Virus record (IMG/VR): IMGVR_UViG_3300008255_000013
Span: 1 to 54,383 of that record
DNA: 54,383 nucleotides
Strand: one strand, 5' to 3'
DNA from: a virus
Taxonomy: Duplodnaviria; Caudoviricetes
The notes under the pieces were generated by a model. The model searched no databases and was not told the DNA's origin. It was given only the letters and a program-made list of their open reading frames with translations. Of this stretch, positions 8,535-19,400 are shown one piece after another. The position numbers and the translations under genes are program-made. Within the stretch, counting starts at the first letter, position 1; every line of letters starts with the position of its first letter.

Positions 8535-9611
8535 TTAGTAATTTATGTGCACATTTGGCAATTTATTTTCACCAATAAGCATGATGATGGTTAAAGCAAC
8601 CCCTTTATCAAGGTTTACTTGAGCGCAAAGCGCATCAACTGCGGCATTTATCACCATCTCTTTGTTGTGCTTGTCTGCCTCGCGTTTTTTACGCTCTAAC
8701 TCTTCTCTTGATTTTTCGTCAGCAACGCGCTGGCGTTCTGCTTCAATAGCTTGCTCTTTTTCACGCTGGGCACGTAATTCGATCTCTTTAGCTTCGCGCT
8801 CTAATCTGGCAATTTCTTCGCTGGCTTTTCTCTCAAGTTCAATACGCTCGCGCTCTGCCTTTTCCTCTGCCTCTTTTCGGGCATTATCAGCGATTTCTTT
8901 CTCGCGCTGTTGCTGTTTGCGAAGTTCCTCTTGTTTGCGCAATTGATCAAGTTCAGCTTGCTCAAGGTCTCTTTTTTTTCTGGCTTCAAGCATCTCTTTT
9001 AAGTGGTTTTCGGCTTTCTCAAAAGAATGAGTCGCTGTATCCTTAAACTCCTCCCAGTCTCTTTGGAAAATATCGGACAAAGCAGTGATGCGCTGTGAAA
9101 TTAAAACAGTGTCAGGGTCAAGAATGTCAAAAGACAATGAGTTGGTAATAAAATCTAAGGCTTTTTTATGATTGTCAACGCGCTCTTTCTCTCTGTTTTC
9201 AAATTCAGTCAAAGGTGCTCGAATATCCTCTTTAAGTGCATCAAGTCGATCTCTTGCCTTTTTACGTTCGGCATCAATCTCATCAACCTTTTTTTGGGCA
9301 TCTGCTTTAAGTTGCTTACCAGCGTCATCAAATGTGGTTTTTGTTCGGGCAATTTTGTAAGCCATAGAGGCAATTTCTTTGCGACCTTTTTCAGTGGTAA
9401 CATCTAAATCAATGCTTTTGGCTCTTTTTTCAATCTCGTCAAGAATGTGATCAGATCCACCAGCTTTGAATAAAACAGTAATGTCGTATTGTTTAAAATC
9501 AATAATATCAGTGCCAGTTTCTTTTTTAGAAACATCTTCTGTGGTATTGTTTTGGGTTTCTTGTACCAAATCATTTTGATCTGGCTCATAGTTTAAGAAT
9601 GTTTGCGTCAT
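8535..9611 (-). CDS. Long coiled-coil phage early protein (family often mis-annotated as TolA-like)
   Basis: DVTTEKGRKEIASMAYKIARTKT motif and an extended E/K/R/A-rich helix; AAGGAGG RBS. Confidence 0.75.
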   Translation of the reverse strand: MTQTFLNYEPDQNDLVQETQNNTTEDVSKKETGTDIIDFKQYDITVLFKAGGSDHILDEIEKRAKSIDLDVTTEKGRKEIASMAYKIARTKTTFDDAGKQLKADAQKKVDEIDAERKKARDRLDALKEDIRAPLTEFENREKERVDNHKKALDFITNSLSFDILDPDTVLISQRITALSDIFQRDWEEFKDTATHSFEKAENHLKEMLEARKKRDLEQAELDQLRKQEELRKQQQREKEIADNARKEAEEKAERERIELERKASEEIARLEREAKEIELRAQREKEQAIEAERQRVADEKSREELERKKREADKHNKEMVINAAVDALCAQVNLDKGVALTIIMLIGENKLPNVHINY

Positions 9612-9647
9612 ATTGACCTCCTTGGTTGTTCCATTGGCTATAACTTA

Positions 9648-9733
9648 ATAATACCTTATTGATTATATTTGTCAATAGCCATTGATTAAAAAAATCAATA
9701 TTTGTTTGACGTTCTATAAAATGGCTCTATAAT
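9648..9733. promoter_or_regulatory. Divergent early promoters; palindrome copy 2 at 9658-9676
   Basis: Leftward TTGACA-16-TATTAT and rightward TTGACG-16-TATAAT. Confidence 0.7.
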
Positions 9734-9983
9734 GCCAATTATGAGCAAAAGAATTGAAAATTTTAAAAATATAGAAAAAAGAATTAACACAGTCAAATCT
9801 TGGGCTACAAGACTTGAGGTGCTTAAGTCACGAAAAGAAAACCCCATAACACGCGAATATGAGTTCGCTAGAAAATATGGTATTGATCCAGCATACTTCA
9901 ATCGTCTTAAGAATTTGAAATGCATCCCAAATCAGTCCACTGTGGATATGATAGAGTCATACATGCAAAAAGAGGGTGTATAA
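9732..9983 (+). CDS. Small HTH (Cro/XRE-like) regulator
   Basis: EYEFARKYGIDPAYFNRL HTH; first gene of the rightward operon. Confidence 0.7.
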   Translation: MPIMSKRIENFKNIEKRINTVKSWATRLEVLKSRKENPITREYEFARKYGIDPAYFNRLKNLKCIPNQSTVDMIESYMQKEGV

Positions 9984-10052
9984 AAAATATTTTTATGCCC
10001 CTATTGACACGTTCTAAATATTGAACGATTATGATCCACAAGAGGATCAAAA

Positions 10053-10256
10053 ATGCAAAAAGAGAAATTAAATTTAACGCCAGTTATTTCGACTTGGCGA
10101 GATAGAATCAATGGTTCTGGCAAATCTTTATCGAGTGTTGCCAAAGAGATTGGTATATCAAAAGGTCAATTATCCCAATATTTGAGTGGAATAAACACGC
10201 CAAGTGTTAAAATATTTGAGCGCATAGAAAATGGCTTAAGGGGGATTGGATTATGA
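10053..10256 (+). CDS. XRE-family HTH regulator
   Basis: SLSSVAKEIGISKGQLSQYLSGINTPS; TTGACA-17-GATTAT promoter upstream at about 10004. Confidence 0.85.
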   Translation: MQKEKLNLTPVISTWRDRINGSGKSLSSVAKEIGISKGQLSQYLSGINTPSVKIFERIENGLRGIGL

Positions 10257-11140
10257 GAGGATTTTCGAAGATAAACCCTTCTGTTTGGGGGTCAAAAAGA
10301 TTTGAAAGCCTTACCGATGATGCGAAGCTTTTTTATTTATATTGCCTTACATCACCACAATCTAACTCTGTGGGGTGCTATAGAAACCCTGTAGGGTACA
10401 TGATGGTTGATCTAAACTGGAATGAGGCAAGGATCAAAACATGCTTAAAAAAGGTTTCTGATACCCTATTGATACAGTATCACGAGGAAGAGAGTGTTGT
10501 GCTAATTGATAGGTGGTTTGAATATAATCCTGCATCTAACCCAAAACATGCCCTAAAGCTTGTTCAGGACGTTGAGGCGATACCCTATCCGAATTTTGCG
10601 GCTATCTCTGCGCGAGCATTGAAGCGGTGTATAGAGGACAGGGGTTGGAAAATAGAGGACAATTTAATAAACCGTATCGATAGGGTATCCCGACTTGGCG
10701 ACACTAAGACTAAGACGGAGACTAAGACGGAGACGGAGACGGAGACTTATACCCCCTTACCCCCTTCGCAGGGGGAGGAGGATGATTTTACAGATGATTT
10801 TTCTGATTTCTGGGCAGGATGGATACCGCATGAGATGTCCAAAGGATCAGACAAAAAAACAACCCAAGATAGATACACTAAGGCAAGAAAGACAGGAGTA
10901 ACCCATGAAGAAATTATCAACCAGCGTGATCGATATTTGCAAGAGTGCAGAGAAATCAATAGAAAATCACTCTATGCAGCAACTTGGCTCAATGAGAGAA
11001 ACAAAAACAAATGGGAGTTCGAGGTCGATGACACAAGAACGACCAGCAATAACCAACCAAGACCAAGCGCACGACCTTCTATTGCGGATGCAGTCGCAAT
11101 GGCACAAAGGGATTCGAGACGCCCCTTTGGCGATTCTTGA
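10253..11140 (+). CDS. Phage replication initiator (replisome organizer-like)
   Basis: N-terminal W.S..F..L...AKLFYLY.LT domain, TKTETET-TPLPP linker, C-terminal FWAGW...AATWLN..W domain. Confidence 0.8.
   Translation: MRGFSKINPSVWGSKRFESLTDDAKLFYLYCLTSPQSNSVGCYRNPVGYMMVDLNWNEARIKTCLKKVSDTLLIQYHEEESVVLIDRWFEYNPASNPKHALKLVQDVEAIPYPNFAAISARALKRCIEDRGWKIEDNLINRIDRVSRLGDTKTKTETKTETETETYTPLPPSQGEEDDFTDDFSDFWAGWIPHEMSKGSDKKTTQDRYTKARKTGVTHEEIINQRDRYLQECREINRKSLYAATWLNERNKNKWEFEVDDTRTTSNNQPRPSARPSIADAVAMAQRDSRRPFGDS
10460..10747. repeat. Candidate replication origin: GATA(C/G)NNTATC iteron-like 11-mers plus a 6-bp microsatellite
   Basis: GATACCCTATT 10460, GATACAGTATC 10471, GATACCCTATC 10579, GATAGGGTATC 10679; ACTAAG/ACGGAG repeats at 10703-10747. 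Confidence 0.55.
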
Positions 11141-11438
11141 GGAAGCAACCCAGAGGGCAGGATATGATTTGATAACTGTTTACATCGGAAGGCTGCTTTG
11201 CCATTTCCCTTATCGTGATGCCACAAAAGACGCTATCGTAATTTCGGATGTTGCTCGTTTGTGCCACCAAGATCGTGTATCAGCACTTGCTGTTGCAGAA
11301 ATTGTTGATGAGTACATACGAGACGACAAGGCAAAAGCACAACCTCTGTCAGGTCAGATTATTAAAAAAATAAATTTGAGGACGATGATGTATAAAAATA
11401 TGGCAGATAGGATTTTGGGGGTGGATATTGTCGATTAA
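11028..11438 (+). CDS. Hypothetical protein, positional helicase-loader candidate
   Basis: GAGG RBS; overlaps the 3' end of the initiator, as lambda P does. Confidence 0.55.
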   Translation: MTQERPAITNQDQAHDLLLRMQSQWHKGIRDAPLAILEEATQRAGYDLITVYIGRLLCHFPYRDATKDAIVISDVARLCHQDRVSALAVAEIVDEYIRDDKAKAQPLSGQIIKKINLRTMMYKNMADRILGVDIVD

Positions 11439-11565
11439 ATCGTCACCTTGGTACTTTTTAGACGATTCTGTGCGTTTAAATGGGTTAGCCTATAGCGAGG
11501 TAGCGCAGATAAATTTAACATGCCTCTACGCCTCTTAAAATGGCAAATTACAAAAAGGAGTTATT

Positions 11566-11817
11566 ATGGATATAACATTACAAACCATTTTTGCTTTATT
11601 GGCAGTTACAACTTTTGCAGTTTTTCTAACGAAACTGTGCTTTGAATGTTACAATAAAGGGGTTAGAGATGCAATGGATAACATGCGTGAAATGAACCTT
11701 AATTTTGATATTATTGTTGATTCCAAAAACATCATATGTGAAATTAATTTTACCAAGCCAAGAACCAGCCAAAAAGACACCCAAGAAGAAAAAACAAAAG
11801 AAGGTTTAAGAAAATGA
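11566..11817 (+). CDS. Small protein with N-terminal transmembrane segment
   Basis: AAGGAG RBS; hydrophobic residues 5-25. Confidence 0.65.
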   Translation: MDITLQTIFALLAVTTFAVFLTKLCFECYNKGVRDAMDNMREMNLNFDIIVDSKNIICEINFTKPRTSQKDTQEEKTKEGLRK

Positions 11818-12911
11818 TTGTTTTATCTTTGTTTGATGGAATGTCTGTTGGTTTGCAGGTCTTAAAAGATTTGGGAATACCAGTAACCAAATATTATGCG
11901 AGTGAGATTGATAAATATGCGATACAAATATCCAAAAAAAATCACCCCGAAATAATCCACTTAGGCGATGTCAATAACTGGCGAGAATGGAATATAGAAA
12001 AACCAGATTTAATTATTGGTGGTAGTCCTTGCCAAGGGTTTTCTTTTGCAGGAAAACAGTTAGCTTTTGATGACCCTAGAAGCAAGTTATTTTTTGTCAT
12101 GATGGATTTAATTAACCATTACAAACCGAAGTATCGTTTTCTTGAAAATGTCCGTATGAAAAAAGAGTATCAAGATGTTATAACGCAATACATGGGCGTT
12201 GACCCCATGTTAATCAATTCGGCTCTTGTGTGCGCTCAAAATCGCATAAGAAATTATTGGTTCAACTGGGAAGCAGAAATACCAGAAGATCGCAGCATAC
12301 TTTTGAAAGACATAGTGCATGAGAATGTTGATGAATGGGTGGATCGTGAAAAGTCATACTGTATTGATGCTAATTATTATAAAGGCGCGACCCTTGAGCA
12401 GTATTTTGAAAAAAGTCGTCGGCAACAAGTTTTAGTGAGACTAAACGAATATGTCGTACCCTTTGATAAAACTTTGCAGATACTAGATAAAGAAGTTGAG
12501 CGCGGCAAGGTTGGATATTTCAGGAAAGATAGTCAAGCAAATAGGGTATATTATATTCATGATAAAGCTGTCTGCCTTTGTGGTGACGCTGGTGGTGGAG
12601 CTGCCAAAATGGGTCAGTATTTGTTTGGTTGCATCACACCTGACCGCGTAAATCAAAGGCAAAACGGTCAACGTTTTAGCGATGGTAAAAAGTTTTACAC
12701 CCTTACAGCGCAAGACAAGCATGGGATACTGATTGAGGGTTATATACGAAAACTTACACCAATCGAGTGCGAGAGACTACAAGGTTTGCCAGATAATTAC
12801 ACACAAGGCGTTTCGGATAGTCAGAGGTACAAGATGCTTGGCAACGGCTGGCAACGCGACACCATTGAACATTTATTTGAACAAGCACCATTTGCAATAG
12901 ATAGGAGATAA
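11814..12911 (+). CDS. C5-cytosine DNA methyltransferase
   Basis: Motif I LSLFDG, IV GSPCQGFS, VI LENV, VIII QNRIR, IX-X ECERLQG...LGNGW. Confidence 0.95.
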   Translation: MIVLSLFDGMSVGLQVLKDLGIPVTKYYASEIDKYAIQISKKNHPEIIHLGDVNNWREWNIEKPDLIIGGSPCQGFSFAGKQLAFDDPRSKLFFVMMDLINHYKPKYRFLENVRMKKEYQDVITQYMGVDPMLINSALVCAQNRIRNYWFNWEAEIPEDRSILLKDIVHENVDEWVDREKSYCIDANYYKGATLEQYFEKSRRQQVLVRLNEYVVPFDKTLQILDKEVERGKVGYFRKDSQANRVYYIHDKAVCLCGDAGGGAAKMGQYLFGCITPDRVNQRQNGQRFSDGKKFYTLTAQDKHGILIEGYIRKLTPIECERLQGLPDNYTQGVSDSQRYKMLGNGWQRDTIEHLFEQAPFAIDRR

Positions 12912-12914
12912 ATC

Positions 12915-13412
12915 ATGGCAAAAAATGACTGGGAAGATTCCCAAATACAATTACTTAAGGAACTTTGGGGCTTTGGATTGTCGGCTCAAAAGATATCAGA
13001 ACGTCTTGGTAATAAATCAAGAAATGCTGTTATCGGCAAGGCAAACAGGCTTAATTTATCATCAAGGGCAGTGGGGGTTCGGGCAAGACCAGAAAAGCCC
13101 AAACCAGCACCAGTAAAAACTAAGATAGTTATTAATATACCATCACCAGAAAAACCCAAAAAGCCAAGAAAAGTATATATTAGAAAAAATGATGAACAAA
13201 TAAAGGAAATAGCAAGAACATGCTACGGACAAAAAACGAAACTTTTGCACTTGAAAAGCAACCAGTGCCACTGGGGGGTTGGTGATCCACGAGACGATGA
13301 CTTTGGATTTTGTGCAGCACCAATACAAAAAGGTAAAAAGAACTATTGTGAGAAGCATGACAGTATCAAAAGCGTTCAGGCTCGTGAGACTAATATCCGT
13401 AAATCTCTCTAA
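12915..13412 (+). CDS. gcrA: GcrA cell-cycle regulator homologue
   Basis: W...LKELW..GLSA..I..RLG..SRNAVIGKANRL N-terminus and L....C.WGVGDP....FGFC......YC..H C-terminal domain. Confidence 0.92.
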   Translation: MAKNDWEDSQIQLLKELWGFGLSAQKISERLGNKSRNAVIGKANRLNLSSRAVGVRARPEKPKPAPVKTKIVINIPSPEKPKKPRKVYIRKNDEQIKEIARTCYGQKTKLLHLKSNQCHWGVGDPRDDDFGFCAAPIQKGKKNYCEKHDSIKSVQARETNIRKSL

Positions 13413-16400
13413 TTTCTTGTACCCTTGGTCTGGCTTGTTTTCTTATTCTTCTCTCATCTGCGCCTCGGAGTTCTTCCTTGACCCTTTGCTTTATTGATGC
13501 TTGGTTTGGAATTATTTGCAGGTGAGGTGGTTTACCCTCATTGTGTATTCTAATTTCTTCCATAATAGCCGTGAATTGACGCTGCATCTCTGCCTGACCT
13601 TCAAAATCCCCTTGTGCATATAGCCTTTGACCTTCGGCAATAGCCTTCGCCATTCTGCCATAGTACCTTTTTCTTAGTTCATTCACGGCATTATTGGCGC
13701 GTGTTTCTGACCATACGGAATCTCTTTTGTTGGAAATATCTGCGGTTGTAAAACCAAGACTTTTCATGAAAACATCCATTCCTGTAATATCTTCGGCATC
13801 AATAACTTTAGATCCAGCTTTGGTATAAACGCCATCGGACTCCCAAGACATCGCCTGTAGGGGGTTTGATAAGAAAGCAGGAAGCAACTCTCTTACCGCA
13901 GATCCAGCCCTACCTTGCGCCAAATATTGAGATGCTTGCAATGGACGTTCAACAAAAAGGTCAAACCACACACCCAAGAAATCAGATCCTCGATCTGGGG
14001 CAATACTGCCAAATCCTAATCGACCAGATAAATCCATATTTAAAACACTTGCTGGCAATCCTTTTAATAGCGTATCAGCAAGGAACTTTGATCCTGTGTA
14101 TTCCGTTATTACTTCTCTTGCCTTAAAATCAATGTCAACATCAATGCCAGTAACTAATTTATACAATCTTTCGTATAATTCTTGAAGGTCATCAGTGAAT
14201 GGTATGCCCTTCAATCCAGAAAATGCCACGATAGCAAACATCATGTAAGCAACGGACGCTTTACTCTGTCCACTATTGACTTTTGAGAGCCTATAAATCA
14301 ATTCAAGGGTTTGTATGGTAAAAGATAAGAACTGGAATGGTAATGTTCCAATACCCCTTGATACTCGTGCGCGATTAAGCTTTCCAACGCGGTATTGCGT
14401 TGAAACAACCGCTAATTCTGCATAAGCAAATGCAAAATCTGCTCCGTCTTTACCATCTAACATAGCCTTTGAAAACTCATCACGACCAACCCACTTCATT
14501 ATATTTTCTTTTGCTCCAGGCTTCATAGCAAGGCGATATGCGGAGATAAATGTGGCAATCCTGTTTACTTTTTCAGGTATTGAGAAAGTTAAAGCCACCG
14601 CATCGGCTACCTGTCGTGCGCGTTTTCGTGCACCCCTTACTTTAAGCGAGGAGGTACTTGCAACCGCCATAGCGTCATGAGTTGCCTGTGATAAGAAATC
14701 ACCTTCGCTTTGGGCTTTTATCAATGCATCTCGCACATCAAGCGGTGCTTTGGAAAAATCAAAAGAATCATCCCCACGAATATTTGGCGTAGAGACACTG
14801 CCAATATCTTTGTATGCCTTTGATAACTCAATGGCGATATCAGAGGAACTAAATTTTCCTTTAAACCAAGGTGCGGTAAAAAGCACAGGCTGTGTCAAGT
14901 TGACAAGCCCTGATGACACATTCCCAGAAAGGTAATACATGAATATGGTCATTCTAGCTTCACCCCATTCCTCAATAGGGTCATTAATGTAATCCACGTA
15001 CTCTCGACCATATTCGTAAAGATTTTTCATGCCAGATTCAGCCAATACAGTCAAAGAATCCTCAATTTTTTTATCATTCAATCGGCGAGAAATATAAGAC
15101 GAAGCCGTGATAAAATAATCATTTATTGATCTCTCAAAATCTGCGCTGTAACCAGGTATATCTCTTGATCTAAAGAAGTGTGACCTAAAGCCTCTTTTTT
15201 GCATTTCTTTTTTGATAGCTTCTATAAATTTCTCTCTCTCCTCATTCGTAAGATCGCTACTGTGGGCAATAACATCAAAACTCTCGAGATCTATGTTTGC
15301 GACAACATCATTAAAATTACTCATTTCAAAGGTGGATATCGTGTATTCTGGCTTGAGAAACTCCTCTGGCAGATTGTCTAAAGCATCATTTACTTGTTTT
15401 ATTTCGGCAAGTTTTTTGTTTTGAGTTTTAGTGTTTCCAATATCGACACGCTCAAAATAGACGACATCACCCTCTTCGTTTTTAACGCTAATGCCTACCT
15501 TGCCCCAACGCTTTAATGGGATGTATCCAGTTTTCTTGGAGTCGTTAACATCATTAAGCTTTTGCAGGACAGAACTTAATCTTTTAACCTCTTCGACATC
15601 TCCATTTTTCTGCGCCGTTAAGCGTAATCGCTCAACGTCTTGAATTGATTTGATACCTTGCTCCAAAAGACCTTCCTCTTCCAATATCGTATCAATAATT
15701 TTATCAAGTGCCAGATCAAATGATTTTCTAAGCCCTAAATAAGAGGCGGTTTGTGAAGGTGTTAAAGTAATAAAATCACCCTCTTTTGAATGATGAGTGT
15801 ATTTTAATCCCTCATTTTTGACCTCAATGATGCCATCAACGTTTGGCTTATAAGTCTTTCCAGAAAGCCTACCAATTTCAAGGACGGCATGGACCTGTTT
15901 TTTCTCTTGTTCGGTCAGGCTATTATATGTTGTTGTGTTGCCCATAAGCTGGTTAAATATGACTTCTCTTTGTTTATATCTTCCTATTACAGAGTTATAA
16001 ACAGGCACAAATCCTTTATGCAGTGAGGCAATCATCTGCGGATGTAAGAATATGGATGATTGCTTATTGAGGTCGTTAATAAATCCTTTTTCAAGACCCT
16101 TGACTTTATTCAAATTAAGGCGAGCACCATCGATTGATTGTTTTTTTCCAGTCGGTAATTGATACATGATACTGCTTTCGTCCGCATCAAAAGTTCCTTG
16201 ATTAAATATAGATTTTACTTGACTGGAATTAAAAATTACGTAGCTATCCCCTCCATCACTTTCAAATACATTATTGTAAACAAAACCATCGTAGCCAGCT
16301 TCTTTTGCGTATCTTATAAGCGTAGCTTTTCTTATCGGTTCTCTTTCTTGTTGTAATATGTCGTCAGCCTCAAACTTTGTTAATATGCCTAAGTTCTCTA

Positions 16401-19400
16401 ACTCTGTAACGTAATCTTCAACCTCATGCTGCTTCCCACTATCATCTATGCGTATGGGGTTTTTCATAGAAATATAAACAGGGAATACTCTTTCTGGGGC
16501 TACGTTTGGATCTATATCTTCTCTGATGTCGTCAATTCTTTTTAAAGCTTGCTCTCTCGTACCAAAATGAGACAATCTTTTAAATGCATCAAAATCTTTA
16601 ACTGATGTAGTTGAGTGATAAACCACCAAAGGTTTACCATTCTCATCAACAACCTTGCTATCACCAAACCATCTCTTGAAGGCAGGACTGTTTATTTTAT
16701 CAGCAATTGAAAACATTGGCTGCTGTACGTTTGTATTATTAGATATTTCTTCTTGTATTCTTGCCCCTATTTTACCACTTCTTACCGCTTGGAAAACATC
16801 ATCGGCTGTTCTCATGTTAAATGCTTTGCCACGTAAGACATCTCCAATCGCCTTAATAAAAGATATGGCTTTGTTAACAATTCGGCGAATAACGCCCTTA
16901 TTATCGAAGTCTTGGAAGGCATGTGCTATAGCTTCCTCGTCCAATCTTCGCTCAAGAGAAGATTCACTTTTTACGCCCTGCGAAATCAGCACGTCTTTGT
17001 ATCTATTATCAATATCGTATTTAACACGCCATTCTGCCGCTTTGGATTCAAGTGTTTTCCATTCTGCGTCTGTGAAAGCACCAAAATCCTTTAATCCATG
17101 AATGACCTCGTGATCAATAGTGCTTAATATGTCACTAGAGTGCATGGATACATAGATTATTTTACGCCAGTACGCCCCATCAATATCAGATGGTGCGCCA
17201 GATAGTGGCGTTTGAGAAACATCGTCAAATAGCGTAAATCTTGCATTAGACCAGCCCAATGATTTTAACTTTTTATTAATAGCATCTTCCATGCTCTTCG
17301 TTATTTGGTTCTTACCGCTTTGGACATTTTTTCTAAACAGTGCTAATCCAGTTCTGGCTACTTCACGCATAGCGTCTGTGATGTCCAATGAGTTAACTAT
17401 GGATCTTTGCGCTTTGGTAAATGGGTGATCCTTATCATTCGCGTATTTTGCCACAACGTCATCGGGCGCATTGCCAGTGTTGATTTGTATTTGACTTACT
17501 TGTGCGCCAAACTTCTTACCAAACTTATTGGCGTATTTGACAAGGATATTATCGTAAAATCCCTTCATGCCGTCACCGCCGATTTTCAGATCAACGCCAG
17601 ATAGAATTGCTTCTCCATCTTTATTAGCCATTTCAATAGCGCGTTTTGCTACATCTTTACCGACAAAATCCTCTATACGCTCCGCAGGCATATCTCTAGT
17701 GTCTGGCAAAGGAATAGGTTTACCATCATTTAATACTTCAAGATTATAGTTTCCGTTATCAAGTTTATAAACTTCAACTTGGTCAACCTGTTTACTTAAA
17801 TCATAACGCTCATTTTGTTGCTCGCCAGTAGTCCATGCCACGCGGTCATAGCCACCCTGCGCCGCCATTTGAACGACTCTACGAAACGCCATCTCGTGCC
17901 ATGACTTTTTAAATGGGGCATCTGGAACTTTTTGTCTTTCTTGGTTTTCGCGAGTCATTTGTTTCTCGCGTAATTCGTTATTTGCGTATGCGCTTATTAT
18001 TTCATCTGTTGTTAATACATCGCGATCAAGAGGCATCATAAAACTATATAATTCCTGCCCATCACGAATTACTTTGTACTTGTTCCACATATCGTCTTGT
18101 TTACGCTCAACAACAAGACCATCAGTGTTAACTTTTATATCTTCCCCAATACTGCCTTTGTACCCCTTCTTGCGCCCTGCCTGATGCCAATCTGATTGGA
18201 TCTCCTCGATAAACAAAACGCGCTTACCATCAGCATCGGTGCGGTCATTTAAGCGAACGTGGGCAAGGATATTGGCTTGGTCATAGTGACGGGATTTGAA
18301 GTTACTATCAATGCGGTTTGCTAATTTTCTATTAAGATCGTTGTATCGTTCCAAATCCTTATCAGGGAAATTGGCTTCATTGTTCATGCGCCTTGATAAG
18401 GTGTCCATTTCCTCACGTTCTTGTTCGGAAAAAGGGCTTTGCTCTGGCAACGTCATCAAGACCTCGCGGTAATTTGTGCCGCCAGCAAGGGTGTATTGCG
18501 AGAACTTTGCCTGACCTGTCTTTTCTGCGTTAGCAGCACTTTCAGCTTGTAAACGGGCTTGGTCGGCAGATAAGCCCTGTACCATATAAAAATTCACGCG
18601 ATTATCAATCCAATCATCTTTAGAAATCGGCTTATCCCAATCACTTCCAAGCGTAACTTCTTCAATCTGCACCTGATTGGCTTCAAGATAATCAACAATC
18701 TCTTGCTTTGTAACGCCCCCTCGATTTTTAAGGAAATCATCAAGACCAGTCCACTCGATTTCTTCTTCCTTAATTCCGTCAGCTTTGCGCAACATAGCAA
18801 GGAACTGCGCACCTGTTCCTTTTTCTTGTTTAATTTGGTTCTTTGTGTAATCCAATAGGTATGACTGCAACCCATTATTTAGGGAGTACATAGCAACCCC
18901 AGCTTCCGTTTGCTTTGTATCAATCACATCAAATAAATTATCAAAAGCACCTGCAATAGTATCCACCATTTCGGCTCTAGTTGGGTAAGGGTAAGTGCCA
19001 TCGCCCATAACCGCTTCAAAACCAATTTGAGAACTTAGGTTCGCAAGGTAATCATTCGAATACCCTTTTAAATCAGCTTTGTGAATTAAGTATGCCTCAA
19101 ACGATCTGGCGATCATCTCATGTGGCGTTGACCAATAATCTTTTGACCTGTATCCATCAAGTTTTTTAGACCTCTCTTTTATCCCTGTGGAATTGATAGC
19201 CTTCATGACTTGCCTAAAAGCCTTCTGGACTTCTTCTCGGACATCATCAATTTTGAAATAACTCGTGTAAAGATTGTTTTGGCTCAAGTATGTATTTGTT
19301 TTTTCCTGCTTACCAAAATAATTGTCCATAGCATGAAACCACTCGTGACCAAGCGATCCTGCCCCATTTATTTTTGTGAGGTTTATAACAACATTGCCAG

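Noticed and set aside
9645-9659. CtrA box (TTAA-N7-TTAA), also near 53304
   Set aside because: Both have a mismatched second half-site (TTAT) in very AT-rich DNA, so they cannot be distinguished from chance
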